In this document: in pieces, positions 24,322-36,484 of the stretch | Layout of the letters: every line of letters begins with the position of its first letter | Numbering within the stretch: the first letter of the stretch is position 1 | Origin: Bigelowiella natans CCMP2755 | Lineage: Eukaryota > Protista > Cercozoa | Length of the DNA stretch: 45,217 bases | NCBI GenBank assembly: GCA_000320545.1 | Contig: ADNK01000286.1 | Coordinates: 1 to 45,217, forward strand | Direction of reading: 5' to 3' | The notes under the pieces: model-generated | Databases searched by the model: none | Told to the model about the DNA's origin: nothing | The model's input: only the letters and a program-made list of their open reading frames with translations | Program-made: the position numbers and the translations under genes

Positions 24322-26026
24322 TCATTTAGCCGTTTTCGCCTTTTTCGACCCTTCGGCAGCTGATGTATCTCTGCTCTTTTCAGGCGGCCTTTTTCGCGTA
24401 ACTTGAAGGACTTGGGTTGTCTGAGTAGGTTGCGATGCTGGAGATGTTCCAAATCCTATTGTCGTTGTTCCACTGCTACTTGTGTCAGTCCCAAACCCTA
24501 TTTTCGTTGTTCCACTGCTCGTTGCACCAGAGGAGGAAGTCGAAGACTGCTGCTTGCCATCTGCACCGGCCAAATCCTTAACTTGCGATGCAAGGGCTTG
24601 GAGAATATTGCTCATGTCCTTCTTATCATTTTTCTCGGGGGCGGGCACGTCGCGCAGACCTCGAATCTGTATGGAAGAGTATATGTAAGATTTTGATTGT
24701 TTTATAATAACAATTCAGTACAACCTGCTCAAGCACCTCCTCCCGAAGTTCTTTCAGTTCATTTATTTCCTTAAGCATTTTCGAGATTTCTTCGCACCCG
24801 TCTGATACCTTCTTCAGCTACCGAAATAGATATCATCAATTAATTTTGAGTACAGCCTAGGAATATGACGCATAAGAACTGACTTGTGAGTCCAGCACTT
24901 TCGCGGCCATGTCCACAGGAGTCTTCGCCGCCTGAGACAACACAAATTTCTTTTCTTTCTGGGTATATTCTATTCGAAATTCTTTCTACCTTTCCATTGT
25001 TTTTTTCCTTGAGAATTTTCCTGAGTGAATGGTTAATACACGGGACAAATTCAGGTTCATGATTCAGGTATCACTATGAGTGTAACTTGTTTCTTAAAGA
25101 TTTACCTTTTGTTTGAAACTTCAGCTATGGAATTAAATATGTTCACCATGCGCATTGCAAGAACATTTCGGACAGTGTCGAAATGCTTCTCCGCCCTTTG
25201 AGGTTTCTTGGCGTATATAGAGTCATTAGCCATCATTTGGTGGGCAAAAGCAATCTGGCGGTCGTCCTTTTCAAGGCATCCTTCGAACAAATCCAGTGCA
25301 CTCCCAAAGTCCTTGTAAGATTCCTCAAAATCCTCTGTTTATCAGTTAGGCAAATTTAACAACCCAACTTCTTCGAATCGAAGGACACGAAAGGGCTACC
25401 TGACTCTCTCGAGTACTCCGCGAGGCTTATATGGACCTCCGCCAATGCGAGTTTGTGCTCCTTTTTTTTTCCAACAAAGAGATTGGTATTAGAATTATGC
25501 AACACGTTTAGGAGTTCCAATACTTTGCTTAAAACAAATTTAATTAATTTAAGCTTTACTTTTGAATTTGCCCCCTCCATCAACGCCTTTGTGTAGATTT
25601 TGCGCGAGACTTCAAGAACTTCCCAGCCAATTTCCATGTCGTTAGATCCATCTTCGGCTGTTAGAGTATCAATGAAAAATTCAACCGGGTAGATTGTATA
25701 GACCTCAGATCGAATCAACCTTCCATATTTGATGCAGCCTGTGCTCCCAATAGATTACGAGTTGCCCTGGTGCAATCTAGTAAAGCTTTCCCGTATTCAT
25801 AATGATAAGGGGCACAAGCAATGTCTTCCTCTCCTTTTTCTTGACATCTGTGAATGAGATCAGAATAAACATGTGATTCCAAAGATAGAAAATATTTTCA
25901 AAACTGTAGGGTTTAGTTAGACTTGGCTCACTTTATTTGAAGTGCCTGAGAAAGGATCTCGCATGCCTTCTCATACTGTCTTTCCTTGAGACTTTTTCTT
26001 CCTTGCTGGAGCAACTCCTCCGCCAT
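24322..26026 (-). CDS. NASP/Sim3/Hif1-like TPR histone chaperone; multi-exon
   Basis: YEKACEILSQALQIK, CAPYHYEYGKALL, DMEIGWEVLEVSRKIY, LAEVHISLAEYSRESEDFEES and DDRQIAFAH fit the SHNi-TPR pattern; basic C-terminal NLS-like segment (VTRKRPP..SKKAK). The start may lie slightly upstream. Confidence 0.8.
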
Positions 26027-26831
26027 GTCTATTGTCTTGGACTCTTGATTTGTCATTACACCTGCAATCTACACACAGGATAGGCATTTTGCTATCATTG
26101 AGCATAATCTGTGTCCCAGTAATAGTCCATCGGAAAAATTACGCATCAGAAAATTGGAATTCACACATGGAAATTGAGAGGGTACTATCCAAAAAGCAAA
26201 TCTCAGTAGCACACATCCAATGCAATGACACCTTCGATAGACTTTTTTGACTAAGAACGAAACTGACTTTGAAAACAGCAACAGGGTTGTGGCAAGCGGA
26301 GAACGCACCTTCGATGAACGCGAGCAAGCCGATGGAATTAAGATGAATGTGCAACTATATGACGTGTCTTCATTGAATATTGTCCTGCATTTATCAGGAA
26401 AAATATTTCGCGCGAGACGTACAGCGGCGTTATTGGCGGGAGGCATAAATGCTTCCCGCCAGAACAAGTACCGCAAAAATAAAGACCTGCCAGAATGTTG
26501 GACAACTCAATGTTAGATTTCGGAGATGAAATGGAGACCATAGTTAGGCTGATGCTGTTCCGAAATCATGTCGTAAAAGAAAGATCACCATGGTCCGAGT
26601 TGATTCTCCTAGGAGCGCCAGCCGTTTTCGGGGACACAAAAGAAGTCACAGAACGCGCTAGGGCTTCGCTTGAGAGGGGGGAGGGGAGAACAATCAAGGC
26701 TTTGACATCGGAGTCCTTGAGGATCGGGTTGCTCTTCAAGGCCCACATCACGACGTGCTCGTTATTTCCTTGGTCTTCGTCGTCGTCGTAGCAGTTTTCG
26801 ACTGCACGACGCCGTGCTCCGAGGTTGACTG

Positions 26832-27321
26832 TGTAGCGCGTACCACTACGCGGGCACAAGTCACGTGCGACAACAAAGGGGTTGTCGCGGATATAGAATA
26901 TAGATAACGTAGATATTAATACAGCATAGGCACGTGGGTTCCGGCGGGACTCATGGCAGCACACCGGAAGTGTGCTGCCCCACGTGCGGCGGCATTCGCG
27001 AAAGCTTCGCGAATGATTACGCAGTGCACGATTTAATAAAAATATAATCTTTAATAAAAATAAACACAACTCTTCAAAAGGAAGCAAACGTGCCTTTCCC
27101 CCCCCCTGCCTACTTGTGCACGTAGCGCCTCGGCCTGTGAACACCTTACGCGCAACAACCTTTGGCTTCCACACACGGGAAACGATTTGACTAACAATGT
27201 CACAGCAGCTAGAAGAACAGCAGGACTTTGGCTCGCAGGCCGTGCAAGGGCACGAGCAGAAACAGGAAAGGAAGGGCGATACGGACGCTAAGGAAGGAGG
27301 AGGAACACCTCCACAGGCACC
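26832..27321 (+). mobile_element. Truncated copy of the Ty3/gypsy element: 5' LTR (26832-27157), PBS and first ~125 nt of gag
   Basis: By eye identical to 42659-43148 (offset 15827); it stops abruptly at 27321. Confidence 0.9.
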
Positions 27322-27953
27322 CTCTGAACGGCGCCATCATTGGTTGGATCAAGCGAATCTCACGGACAAGTTGGCCAACTTCAAGTCATGATTTTGTGCT
27401 GCATCCCACCACGGGTCTTGCATGCTTGCATTCGCAGCATGGGCAGTCATCATGGGCCATGCTGGCACATCGCAGCATGTCTGATGGGCATTCCAACACA
27501 AATTGCGTCACGCTGCTGTGACGCATGGCTAGCTAGCTATAGCGCTGGTGGTTTTCAAATGAGTGTGTATGGCTCGCTTCACAATGACGTGCGTACAGTG
27601 CACCATTGCTGCTCAAAGGCGCTTCATTGGCACTGTGACTGGGCGCCATGGCGCTAGCTGACTAGCTGGCTAGCTAGCTAGGCTGGCTAGCTGGGGGGCA
27701 CGGTCACATGTTCCGTAGCCGCAGCATCCATGTAGCTCGCTCGAGCGTGCACATGCTAGCATAATGATGCGTCATGCAGCCATCGCTAGATCGCTACTAG
27801 GCTAGATCACCGGCACGATCGCATGCATGCTTCATTTCATTCAGCTATGAACATAGGTGCTACACGTAGAATAGCTGGCCATGTGGTCATGCTCACATCT
27901 GCCCGTTGGTGTCAACCTGTGATGCCTATCGATTCATGTGTCTATCTATCAAC

Positions 27954-28024
27954 GCCGCTGCTTTGCACAACTACATTAGGATGACCATGATCAAATTGAA
28001 ATAAATCATTACATCCGTCTCATA
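27954..28024 (-). repeat. Inverted-end segment of the MITE-like family (copy B)
   Basis: CATCCGTCTCAT at 28012-28023; 27954-27984 matches 37047-37077 at 28/31. Confidence 0.7.
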
Positions 28025-28157
28025 CCCATCAACGCCTCAATTTGAAGAATGTAGCTCCCGCTCTCAGACAAGGAAACATCGGTTCAAACATTCAGGAAAA
28101 ATACGTCATCGAAGTTTGAGACTCCACCGGCGTCATTACAATCTAATCATTGTGGGA

Positions 28158-30428
28158 CTACTTGCTTTGATAATTCGCTACGTTTTTGATGTGTTGTAAA
28201 CGTTTTGTGTCCTCAAGCCACTTGTGGAAAGCTTCATGGATAAAGCTGTGAACTGATTTCCTTTGACGCTCGTTCATATCGGTAGTGTCGATCATGTTCT
28301 TTAAATCCAGCACCCGTTGTCGTTGTAGTGGATGGGCATTTGCGTATGGTTGTGGCAAAGTAAAAGGGCATAGATTCTTCCCATGACCATTCTTAGCATC
28401 GCCATCCACACTACCACTATTACAGCTCTTATCTAAGAGAAAGGGCTCATAGAAGAATTCCTCCGGGGGCATCAAAGATATATCTTCCGGTTGCTGCTGG
28501 TGGCGGACGTGCGTAGCTGTCGTGTCGTCATCACCACCGATTTCTTCGTCATCACGTTGGCGTTTCTTCGAGTGACTTGAATTCTTTGTTTCTATCTCCA
28601 TACTTTTTATGCCTTCAGACTCTTCCGATAAGCATTCATCCGGACTCATCTTAGCTGTGGTGGACGTTGTGTTCTCGTCGTCATCGTTGTCTTTCCCCAG
28701 CGTCGTGTCGCTTTTATTTTTGTTCTTCTTTACATTAGCATGTTCCCCAAAAACAATGGCTTCGCTCCACAAATTATGAGCATTGGGGTTGAGGTTCGCT
28801 TTATCCATATCCGACTTAATCGTGGGGTAGTGAGTGTTATAAGGACCGAGCTTCACATTCCGCACAGGCCTGATGAACACTGGCCGATTCCAACAAAAAA
28901 GATAAAATCTACAATTGTCTAACCCACTTAGGTGGGTACGTCGTGAAGCTGCGGTGATCGTCATGTTGGCACAATTCTTCATCGTTATCATTTTTCTACA
29001 TACGCCCAGATTCAATGTACAACTATTACAATTACTGACTTGAATAAATCTCGCTACGCCGAGGACATATACGGAAACATTGCTGCACCCGTGTATCTTA
29101 ATGTCCCCCCCACAAAGCTCCTCGTCCTTGATTACTATACACTTGTTACTATACTGCTGGCCAACTATTCGAATTGTTGGAAGTATCTGCCTGACTTTCA
29201 TTTTTAGATCCTCTGGTACTTGAACAGGTTCCCGCAAATGCTATAAGTCACCCACACAAAAGTGTTACATATATTGAGAGTGTTTACTTTTTAGCGAGTT
29301 GCGAAATTACTGTATTAAAAAAATACCTTTAATGTCCATTGGCAGAGCGTTTCTATTGGAACTTCGGAATTCGGCTTGGTGCTCCAAAACGGAGCAAGGC
29401 TCACAAAAGATTCTAATTCGCTGCTAGCATTTTCCCCCTCCGAAGCTGCCACAAGAAATGTAAGTCTTGTGAACTCATGCCGCCGCATCATGAGTGGCTG
29501 TTTCTGTTGTTGCGACGATGAAGATGTTTTGTGAGAGTTATACTTCTGCTGCTGCTGCTGCTGCTGTTGCAGGAGGGGGGTGTGGTGCACTGGATCTCTC
29601 AGCAAAGTGAGGATTGTAAAGATATTATTTCTAAGGAACTTCATCGCCTCCAAGGTGGAACTAGTAGAAGTCTTGGTTTCCATTTTGGCAGGTGATGACG
29701 ATGACGACGATGACGAGGATGAATTATGCTTGATGAACTTCTGCAGGAATAAAAACACAAGAAATTCTCCATAGTCTACTGAGAGCATCGGCTTCGCTGA
29801 GCCGCGTTTGAGATACGTAGTCCGGTGTACCATGAGAAAAGTCTCAAAATATCTGAAAAGTGGCGGTTTAATGCGTATGTATATAAAAGGCTCACACATA
29901 AGATATACATATTTTTTTGTAAATATGTGTGTGCGTGTGTGTGTGTTTGTGTGTATGTGTATGTGTATGTGTGTGTGTGTGTGTGTGTGCGTGTACTCGA
30001 TTTCAAATTCCAATTGATATTTTAAAATTATGCTTTCATCAGGAGTTGAAACAATGTATATGGAAAATTGGTTAAAAGGGATGATTACAGTCTCGCCACA
30101 TTTTCCCCGCAATTGAAAAGTGTTCGTGCGTATCTGAGCCAGCTTGAATATTTAAGAAATGTAACCTGAGAATAACAAGAAAAGTACCATATTTTAAAAT
30201 AACATTGTTAATACATTTGATCTTTGCCAATTATAGCGTACTTATATTCAGATTTTGAAAGAATAACTAAAGTCAATTTGAACGACGCGGGAAAAAAATG
30301 TATACCACCTTTCCCTGTTGCTTTGACAGTTGCTGCACTATCTCGGACATATTTCTATTTTGGAGATTAAGAAGATCCTTTGGAAGAACTCCGATATCGA
30401 AAACCTCATAACGCAAACCCAATCTCAT
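28158..30428 (-). CDS. TBCC-domain-containing protein 1 (TBCCD1)-like; multi-exon
   Basis: N-terminal exon MRLGLRYEVFDIGVLP and middle exon YFETF..VDYGEFLVFLFLQ. The last exon holds a TBCC/CARP beta-helix (IKIHGCSNVSVYVL..VSNCNSCTLNLG..NCRFYL..NRP..LGPYNTHYP..NLW) and ends IHEAFHKWL. Confidence 0.8.
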
Positions 30429-31265
30429 GGTAGTTTGACTTCCTTGGCGCTGCCAAGACCCACGCGTAATTTCCGTGACTATCCTTATTTATCTCGATGT
30501 GTTGGGCGAGAAGAGATCAAACAGCAGCACGGCAGCCTGGTAGTGTGAGGCGGAAAATGCCGATATTGGATGTCACAATAGTACCAGGGCCCGTTGCAAT
30601 CCCCCTTTTCTCACAGGAAGGGAGGTATCTCCGGTGAATGCCTGTACCGCCGCTTCTGAGAAGTTTTGGGCGATGGCATGGGGCCACGGAGAGGAAGAGA
30701 AAATCTCCTGTAATTCTTACGAGCGACACGTTCTTTCAGCTCAGAAGCCGAGAAAGAACTAAAGGAACCCCGAAATTTCCCAGAGAGCCTCGAAGCAGAT
30801 GAAGCATTGGAATCACGATAATAACGCCGATGCGTTGAAACCTGATGAAAAGGGCACCTATTTCGGGCAGAAACAGGGCTAAATCGACAGACTCACGTTG
30901 AGTTCCCAGGCTCCCAATTCCCCGAGCTGAAGATCGAACCGGTGTTCCTGCGACCCCAACTCCAACCCGAGATGTGGACAATTCGCAACATAACGTCAAA
31001 TTTACAGTAGTCGTATATAAAAAATATCAAAGTTTTATGTTGATCAAGAGAAAATATTACTGCACTCTGATGCTGATTCAACATATTCCACAGAGATAAT
31101 GGTCCTTGCCTACTTCCCCGCATTACCTGCGTCCTTGCTACCCTTAGAAAGAGTTCAGATAATATTGGATCGCGGAATGATACCCTCTTCTACATTTCTC
31201 ATGATGAATGGATGCGCAATTTTAAGCTCTTTTTCGCATTTTTGGGTTGAGAATTCCAGCCAGGG

Positions 31266-32083
31266 ATGTTCTCTGATGTAAATTGAAGTACCACATTAAC
31301 TTCGTTTACAATTAAGGCCAAGAAAGTCGACAAACGCGCTTTCCCTCTGGCAGATGCCAAGCTATCAAATACGATAATAGACATTGTCAACCAGGTGCGT
31401 GTAGAGGAATGAGGAAAATAGGCTTAGATTGTAGGCTATTCTCATGGTGGTTCCACTACTTTTTTGGCTATCGGGCTCTCCAAAACTGATAATTGGATAT
31501 GTTTCAAAATCGTATATTCATTTAATCTCAGGCCAACAACTATAAGCAGTTAAAGAAAGGGGCGAACGAGGTGAGTTTGATTGAAAGGCTATATTCGACT
31601 CTGCGATGCCATTTGAATATTATTGATCATTTGTTCCTGGATAGGCAACAAAGGCTCTTAATCGTGGTACTGCAGATCTCATCATTCTTGCCGGTACGGA
31701 CTTCCACAATTATTTATCAATTCTTGAATAACTTTGCTGATGTCCAGCGGATACCGAGCCATTGGCTATTCTTCTTCACCTTCCGCTGTTATGTGAGGAC
31801 AAGGTATACGATGTCTTAAATTGTTGTGTAATGAATCTAAATGTTTGTGTTATTTAGAACGTTCATTATGTATTTGTCCCTTCGAAAGCCGGTTTGGGCC
31901 GTGCTTGTGGTAATAACATCTTCCTTAACAGATAAATTTACCAACTCGATTCCATCAAGATTTTGTTTTCCCTCAGGAGTGTCACGATCCGTTATTGCTT
32001 GCGCAATTTTGGCGAATGACCAGTCACAAATTGCGAATCAAATAAAAGATCTTAAGAACGAGATTGAAAAACTTCTTGTCTAA
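31266..32083 (+). CDS. SNU13: SNU13/15.5K (L7Ae family) U4 snRNP and box C/D snoRNP protein
   Basis: Spliced: MFSD|AKKVDKRAFPLADAKLSNTIIDIVNQ|ANNYKQLKKGANE|ATKALNRGTADLIILA|ADTEPLAILLHLPLLCEDK|NVHYVFVPSKAGLGRAC|GVSRSVIAC..IKDLKNEIEKLLV*. Short GT-AG introns, the first 39 nt. Confidence 0.93.
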
Positions 32084-32364
32084 ATTCAATTGACCGAAAT
32101 AGATATCTCTAAGGACAATATGAAAAATAAGCAGGATTGCGGATTAACGTAAAATAATGAACACCTCAACAGCTTCCATACAATTGGTTTCTGTAATGCA
32201 TGAAAAAGCCGAAGTATCGAATTGGATAACCATGGCCGCATAGAATATACGCAATATGTGTATAGTAAGTGTTGGTGTGTGTACACTCTAAGCATATTAT
32301 GTAACATTTTTCGAATAGCTAAATGACCTGTGCGCACCGTGCGCTAGTACGAGCGTGCATCGCA

Positions 32365-33062
32365 TGCGAGACGGATGGATGTTTTCATTCAATGGTCGCA
32401 TCGAACAATGATTTAGTTGTGCAAAGTAGCGGCTACGCATGTTACATACAGCGCTCAAATTGTTGTCTATTAATTTGTTTCTGTTGCGTGAATTCGCGGC
32501 GCTACGCACGTGTTGCGATGCAATTCAATGCCTTGTTATAGCGTCTATCGCATGCGTGTACTGTACGACGACTATGTGCCAGGCAACACTAGTACAAATA
32601 AACAAACAAATTGTAGGGACTATGAGTCCACACACGTGTCGTCCACATGAAACCATGCTCAACAATGCGGATACGATCGACACATAAGTACATGCGATGT
32701 AACGACGCAACAGCGCATGCAGCTTAGCGACGAGAACATGCGTGCGTATAGCGTGGGCAGCGTGGACTTCTGTTCCACGCGCTGTGCTCGTGCAGTGCAG
32801 CTAGTGCACCAACTAGATAGGCTAGCCTAGTAGGCTGCGTACGTGCAGCATCAGCACACTCATGATGTAGCTCATTGTCATGCCATAGCCGTCATTTGTT
32901 ATATGCATTATGTAGCATCACCGAAGCTTTTGTACGTTGTGTTGCGTGCACATACATAATTTGACTTTAGCGCACACATACACACACAGGACCTTATGTA
33001 CAGCCGCATGTATAGATATACACATAGAAAAAATGTTATCGTTTTATTGCATCCGTCTCATA
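32365..33062. mobile_element. Decayed MITE-like element (~700 bp) with diverged terminal inverted repeats, between convergent SNU13 and DUF1295
   Basis: Left end GCGAGACGGATG..AGTTGTGCAAAGTAGCGGCTA (32366-32435, +); right end CATCCGTCTCAT (33050-33061, inverted). Confidence 0.55.
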
Positions 33063-33238
33063 GATCCACAAATTATAAAATGTGTGTACAAACTACGATA
33101 CATGTAGCAAGTGCGCTATGTGTGTATGTATGTATTGCATGAGACATGAGTTCTTGATGGCACGAGTGAAATATTACGATACAGTGGTGAATCCATATAT
33201 TTGTGCTGTCATGTATAATGAAATGCATATAGACATGC

Positions 33239-33282
<44 letters not shown>

Positions 33283-33283
33283 G

Positions 33284-33336
<53 letters not shown>

Positions 33337-33423
33337 ATTCATAATAGCTTGTATCTAAAATGTGTGTGTGGAGAATTAGTTCACCGCTTCATTTTTAGAA
33401 TTCGCAATAAAGCCAACAATGAT

Positions 33424-34597
33424 CTAAGCCATTGCTGCTGGACTACCCTTTTGATCTCCAGGAAGTATCTGCTCCTTTAATTCGCTGTGTGCATACATTG
33501 GAAACTCACAGCAAAAGAAGCACTTGAACCAGGTGGGAAGTAGCTTATACAGAAATGGGACGAACGGGATCAAAGGTGGCGTCGAAGAGAAGTACTCAAG
33601 AAATTCAGATTTCGATTCTGGAGTCTTCATGAACCGGCTAAGCTTCTTACCCTCCGCAAGAGGAATACCCGAAACAAAGAGTAGGAGGAACATCGTGAAG
33701 ATGGGACTAACAACCGTCCACAGTGCCCAATATTCGTTTTGATCCTGGATAGATGGTACGGCTACAACGAAGGCGCCCCACCAAATCGTGACTTCCCCAA
33801 AATAGTTCGGATGACGCGAGATTGACCATACCCCCACATCGCACACCTTTCCTTTATTTTTCCTGTCTGCTCGAAATGAGTACCTAATTTCAGAAACTAA
33901 TTAACTTTGTTCCTTCTTGACAAACTATTCAATCATGCTTACTTTTGAAGATCTGCAACTACTTGAAATATGGTCCCAAGAGCTACAATAGCAAATCCAA
34001 GGTAGTCCACGGCTCCTAGATCTGGATCACTGCCACTGCCATTGACATAGATTACTGGGGATGCAATAAGGAATACCCATAAAATCTGGAACACCCAAAA
34101 GATGAGAAATTTGCAGGGGTTCTCCCTTGCCTCGTCGAATCTGCCATCGCCTTTCCTGGTAAGGACGCGGAACAAGAGAAATCCTCCCAAGAATGCACGT
34201 GAAATGCAGACTAAAATTGTGAGCACTATTCCGCGCACATTTCCACTTCCATTCAGCACCAACGTCATCACAAAGACGATAATGTAATTCAACCTGATAA
34301 TATCACCCATGAGCGTGTTCTCCACGAGCGATCATATCATACTTCCCCCCTCATATTTCACAAAATTTTAAAACTCATACCAATCTTTAACGCCTATCAT
34401 CTTCATTAAATCAAGCATGAGGTAATCAGTACAGTCAAATAAAAACAAAACAGAAAAATCTGTAATTTCTACCCTCCTGCGAAGTCGTACAAACTCTCGC
34501 TTTTTGTCACAACCGCGACAGCGAAGAACGACAGTTGGATGAAGATCGTCACGAGTAGCGATAACACAAAGTTATCATCATCAATCACGCTAACCAT
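33424..34597 (-). CDS. DUF1295 / steroid 5-alpha-reductase-like membrane protein, 3 exons
   Basis: MVSVIDDDNFVLSLL..LYDFAG, RAFLGGFLLFRVLTRKGDGRFDE, FWVFQILWV, VADLQK, GVWSISRHPNYFGEVTIWWG, LLFVSGIPLAE. Confidence 0.9.
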
Positions 34598-35200
34598 GGT
34601 GTCACAGCAGCGGTCGAGTTCCAGAGCCTACGAGTACGTAATTGTGTTTTTCTTTTCTTTTTCTCTCTTGCTATTCCAAGATTTAAAAAAAAGATTGTTA
34701 TGTCGTAGCTCAGAACACAAGGAGATTTTATAGAGATTCAAGCCCGCTCATCGACTACCAAATTCATGGTGTCAGAACACTTCTGGGAAATGTCGAAAAG
34801 GGAAGCCGGACGCAACGTATGAATTCACTATGAAATCAAGGAACGACAAAAGAAACATCAACACCCGAATACATCACGTTCCTCATACTGCGACTAGGAA
34901 CCATTCTCAAATTTCACACATCGAGTTGCACTCTTGAGAGAAAGTAGAGAGAAAGTGCAATGCATCTAGTAAAAAAGACATAAAAAAGAGACAAATTTGG
35001 GTGAGAATGCACGTGATTTGTACAGGTGGCAGTTTCATCCTAGCTTGTATCGCAGAAAGATCGAAAAAAACGTGGGTTGTCTACCCCAACCATAGGCATC
35101 CTGACCTATTATTGTGAATATATTCAATGAGGGGGAAGCTCGACAGTGCTGCCTGAAGATATTATACGCTCTGAATACTTGCGAGCGCAATTAAACCAGC

Positions 35201-36153
35201 ATGGGCTGCCAGCCTTCAAAACCAAGTATTAATCAGATATTCGGAAGCAGTTAATTTCCCTTTCGTGAAGTGTCACAGAACGCACAATTCGCATGTTTCT
35301 TTTGTATAGAATGGGAATCCTCTTGTTCGGCTAAATCAAACGGGCTTAGTTTTCATTTATCGAATACTTACCGTATACTTCTTGCCGAAACTTTTATCGA
35401 TCACAAATTCACACATGTTTCGATGACAATACAGGAGCAACTCCCATATCTGACTTCAAGACTGGAAAAAAAATAAGTTCCTCCAAAATCTCAAGAAAAC
35501 CTAGCAACAATAGTAAAAGGGTATATTGATTAAAAAAATTACACTCCCAATATTTTTTAGATATCAATATGAAAATGTGTTTGTCACATACCGAACCGAG
35601 GCGGACCCAACAGATTATCGCATCAAAATCCGAGCATTGATACCGCTGCATTGAATAGCTGTTTCATTATTAAAAACCATGAATAACACGGCTATGTTTG
35701 TTCTTGTTGCCCCTTGATTACATCTTTCCCCCTCCACAGGTCGTGGGAGGTGAATTCTTCACCAAAACAAAGAAAAGCCAGGGTGGTAGCAAACCCACCT
35801 CTGGGGCGGCAAGTCCCTCAATAAAAGTGACTCAACCACGTCACCAAGAATCAGCACCAGCACCAACAATATCTCGGCCTGCTGTTGAAGAAGATGCCAT
35901 GATGATGGAAGACATCGATGATGACGTATCAGAGATAGATTTTAATGAACAAAGAAGCTCTGGACAGTCCCGAGCGGCTAAATCGGAAAAAAGATCGAAT
36001 TCCTCTGCAGTTTCTCCAAATCATATCAACCTTGGTCCGGCAAATCTTTTCGATAGAAACTTCGATGCGGAGTCTAAAAATGCAGAGTTCTTCTTGCAGT
36101 ATACGAAGAACCGATTAGGTCCCGCGCAGGAATTGGAACGCCCCGGACGGTAG
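35201..36153 (+). CDS. Hypothetical low-complexity protein with probable MGCQPSK myristoylation/palmitoylation start; internal exons unresolved
   Basis: ATG GGC TGC CAG CCT TCA at 35201 is followed by a GT donor. A coding-like last exon 35740-36153 follows a pyrimidine tract and CAG. I could not resolve the linking exon. Confidence 0.45.
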
Positions 36154-36484
36154 ACGGTAGTGCATCGATATTAAGTGCATTGCAGGCGAATGAACAGGTG
36201 CGAAAGTCAACGAAGCATCGTTTTGCGTTGCTATTGACTTTGCTTTGGAAAATTTATAGATCGATATTGAAATGAGTTATTGTGTGTTGAAAATGTTAAT
36301 CGCATGCGCGGTGGCGTGCGGGCTGGTGATAATGTATGGCGGCTAGTACTTGCGGCTCTCACGATGCGACAGCAGCACAGCCAGCACCGCGAGGCATCGA
36401 AACCCATTTCAGATGTGATACATTGCATGAAAGTGTGTTGCAATGTGTGCACAACGCGCGCACGCAAGCGCGCTACGATACGAT

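Noticed and set aside
26247-26831. Coding-looking ORFs on both strands between NASP and the LTR fragment
   Set aside because: No recognisable family. Possibly a gene remnant cut by the insertion, but this cannot be supported from sequence alone.
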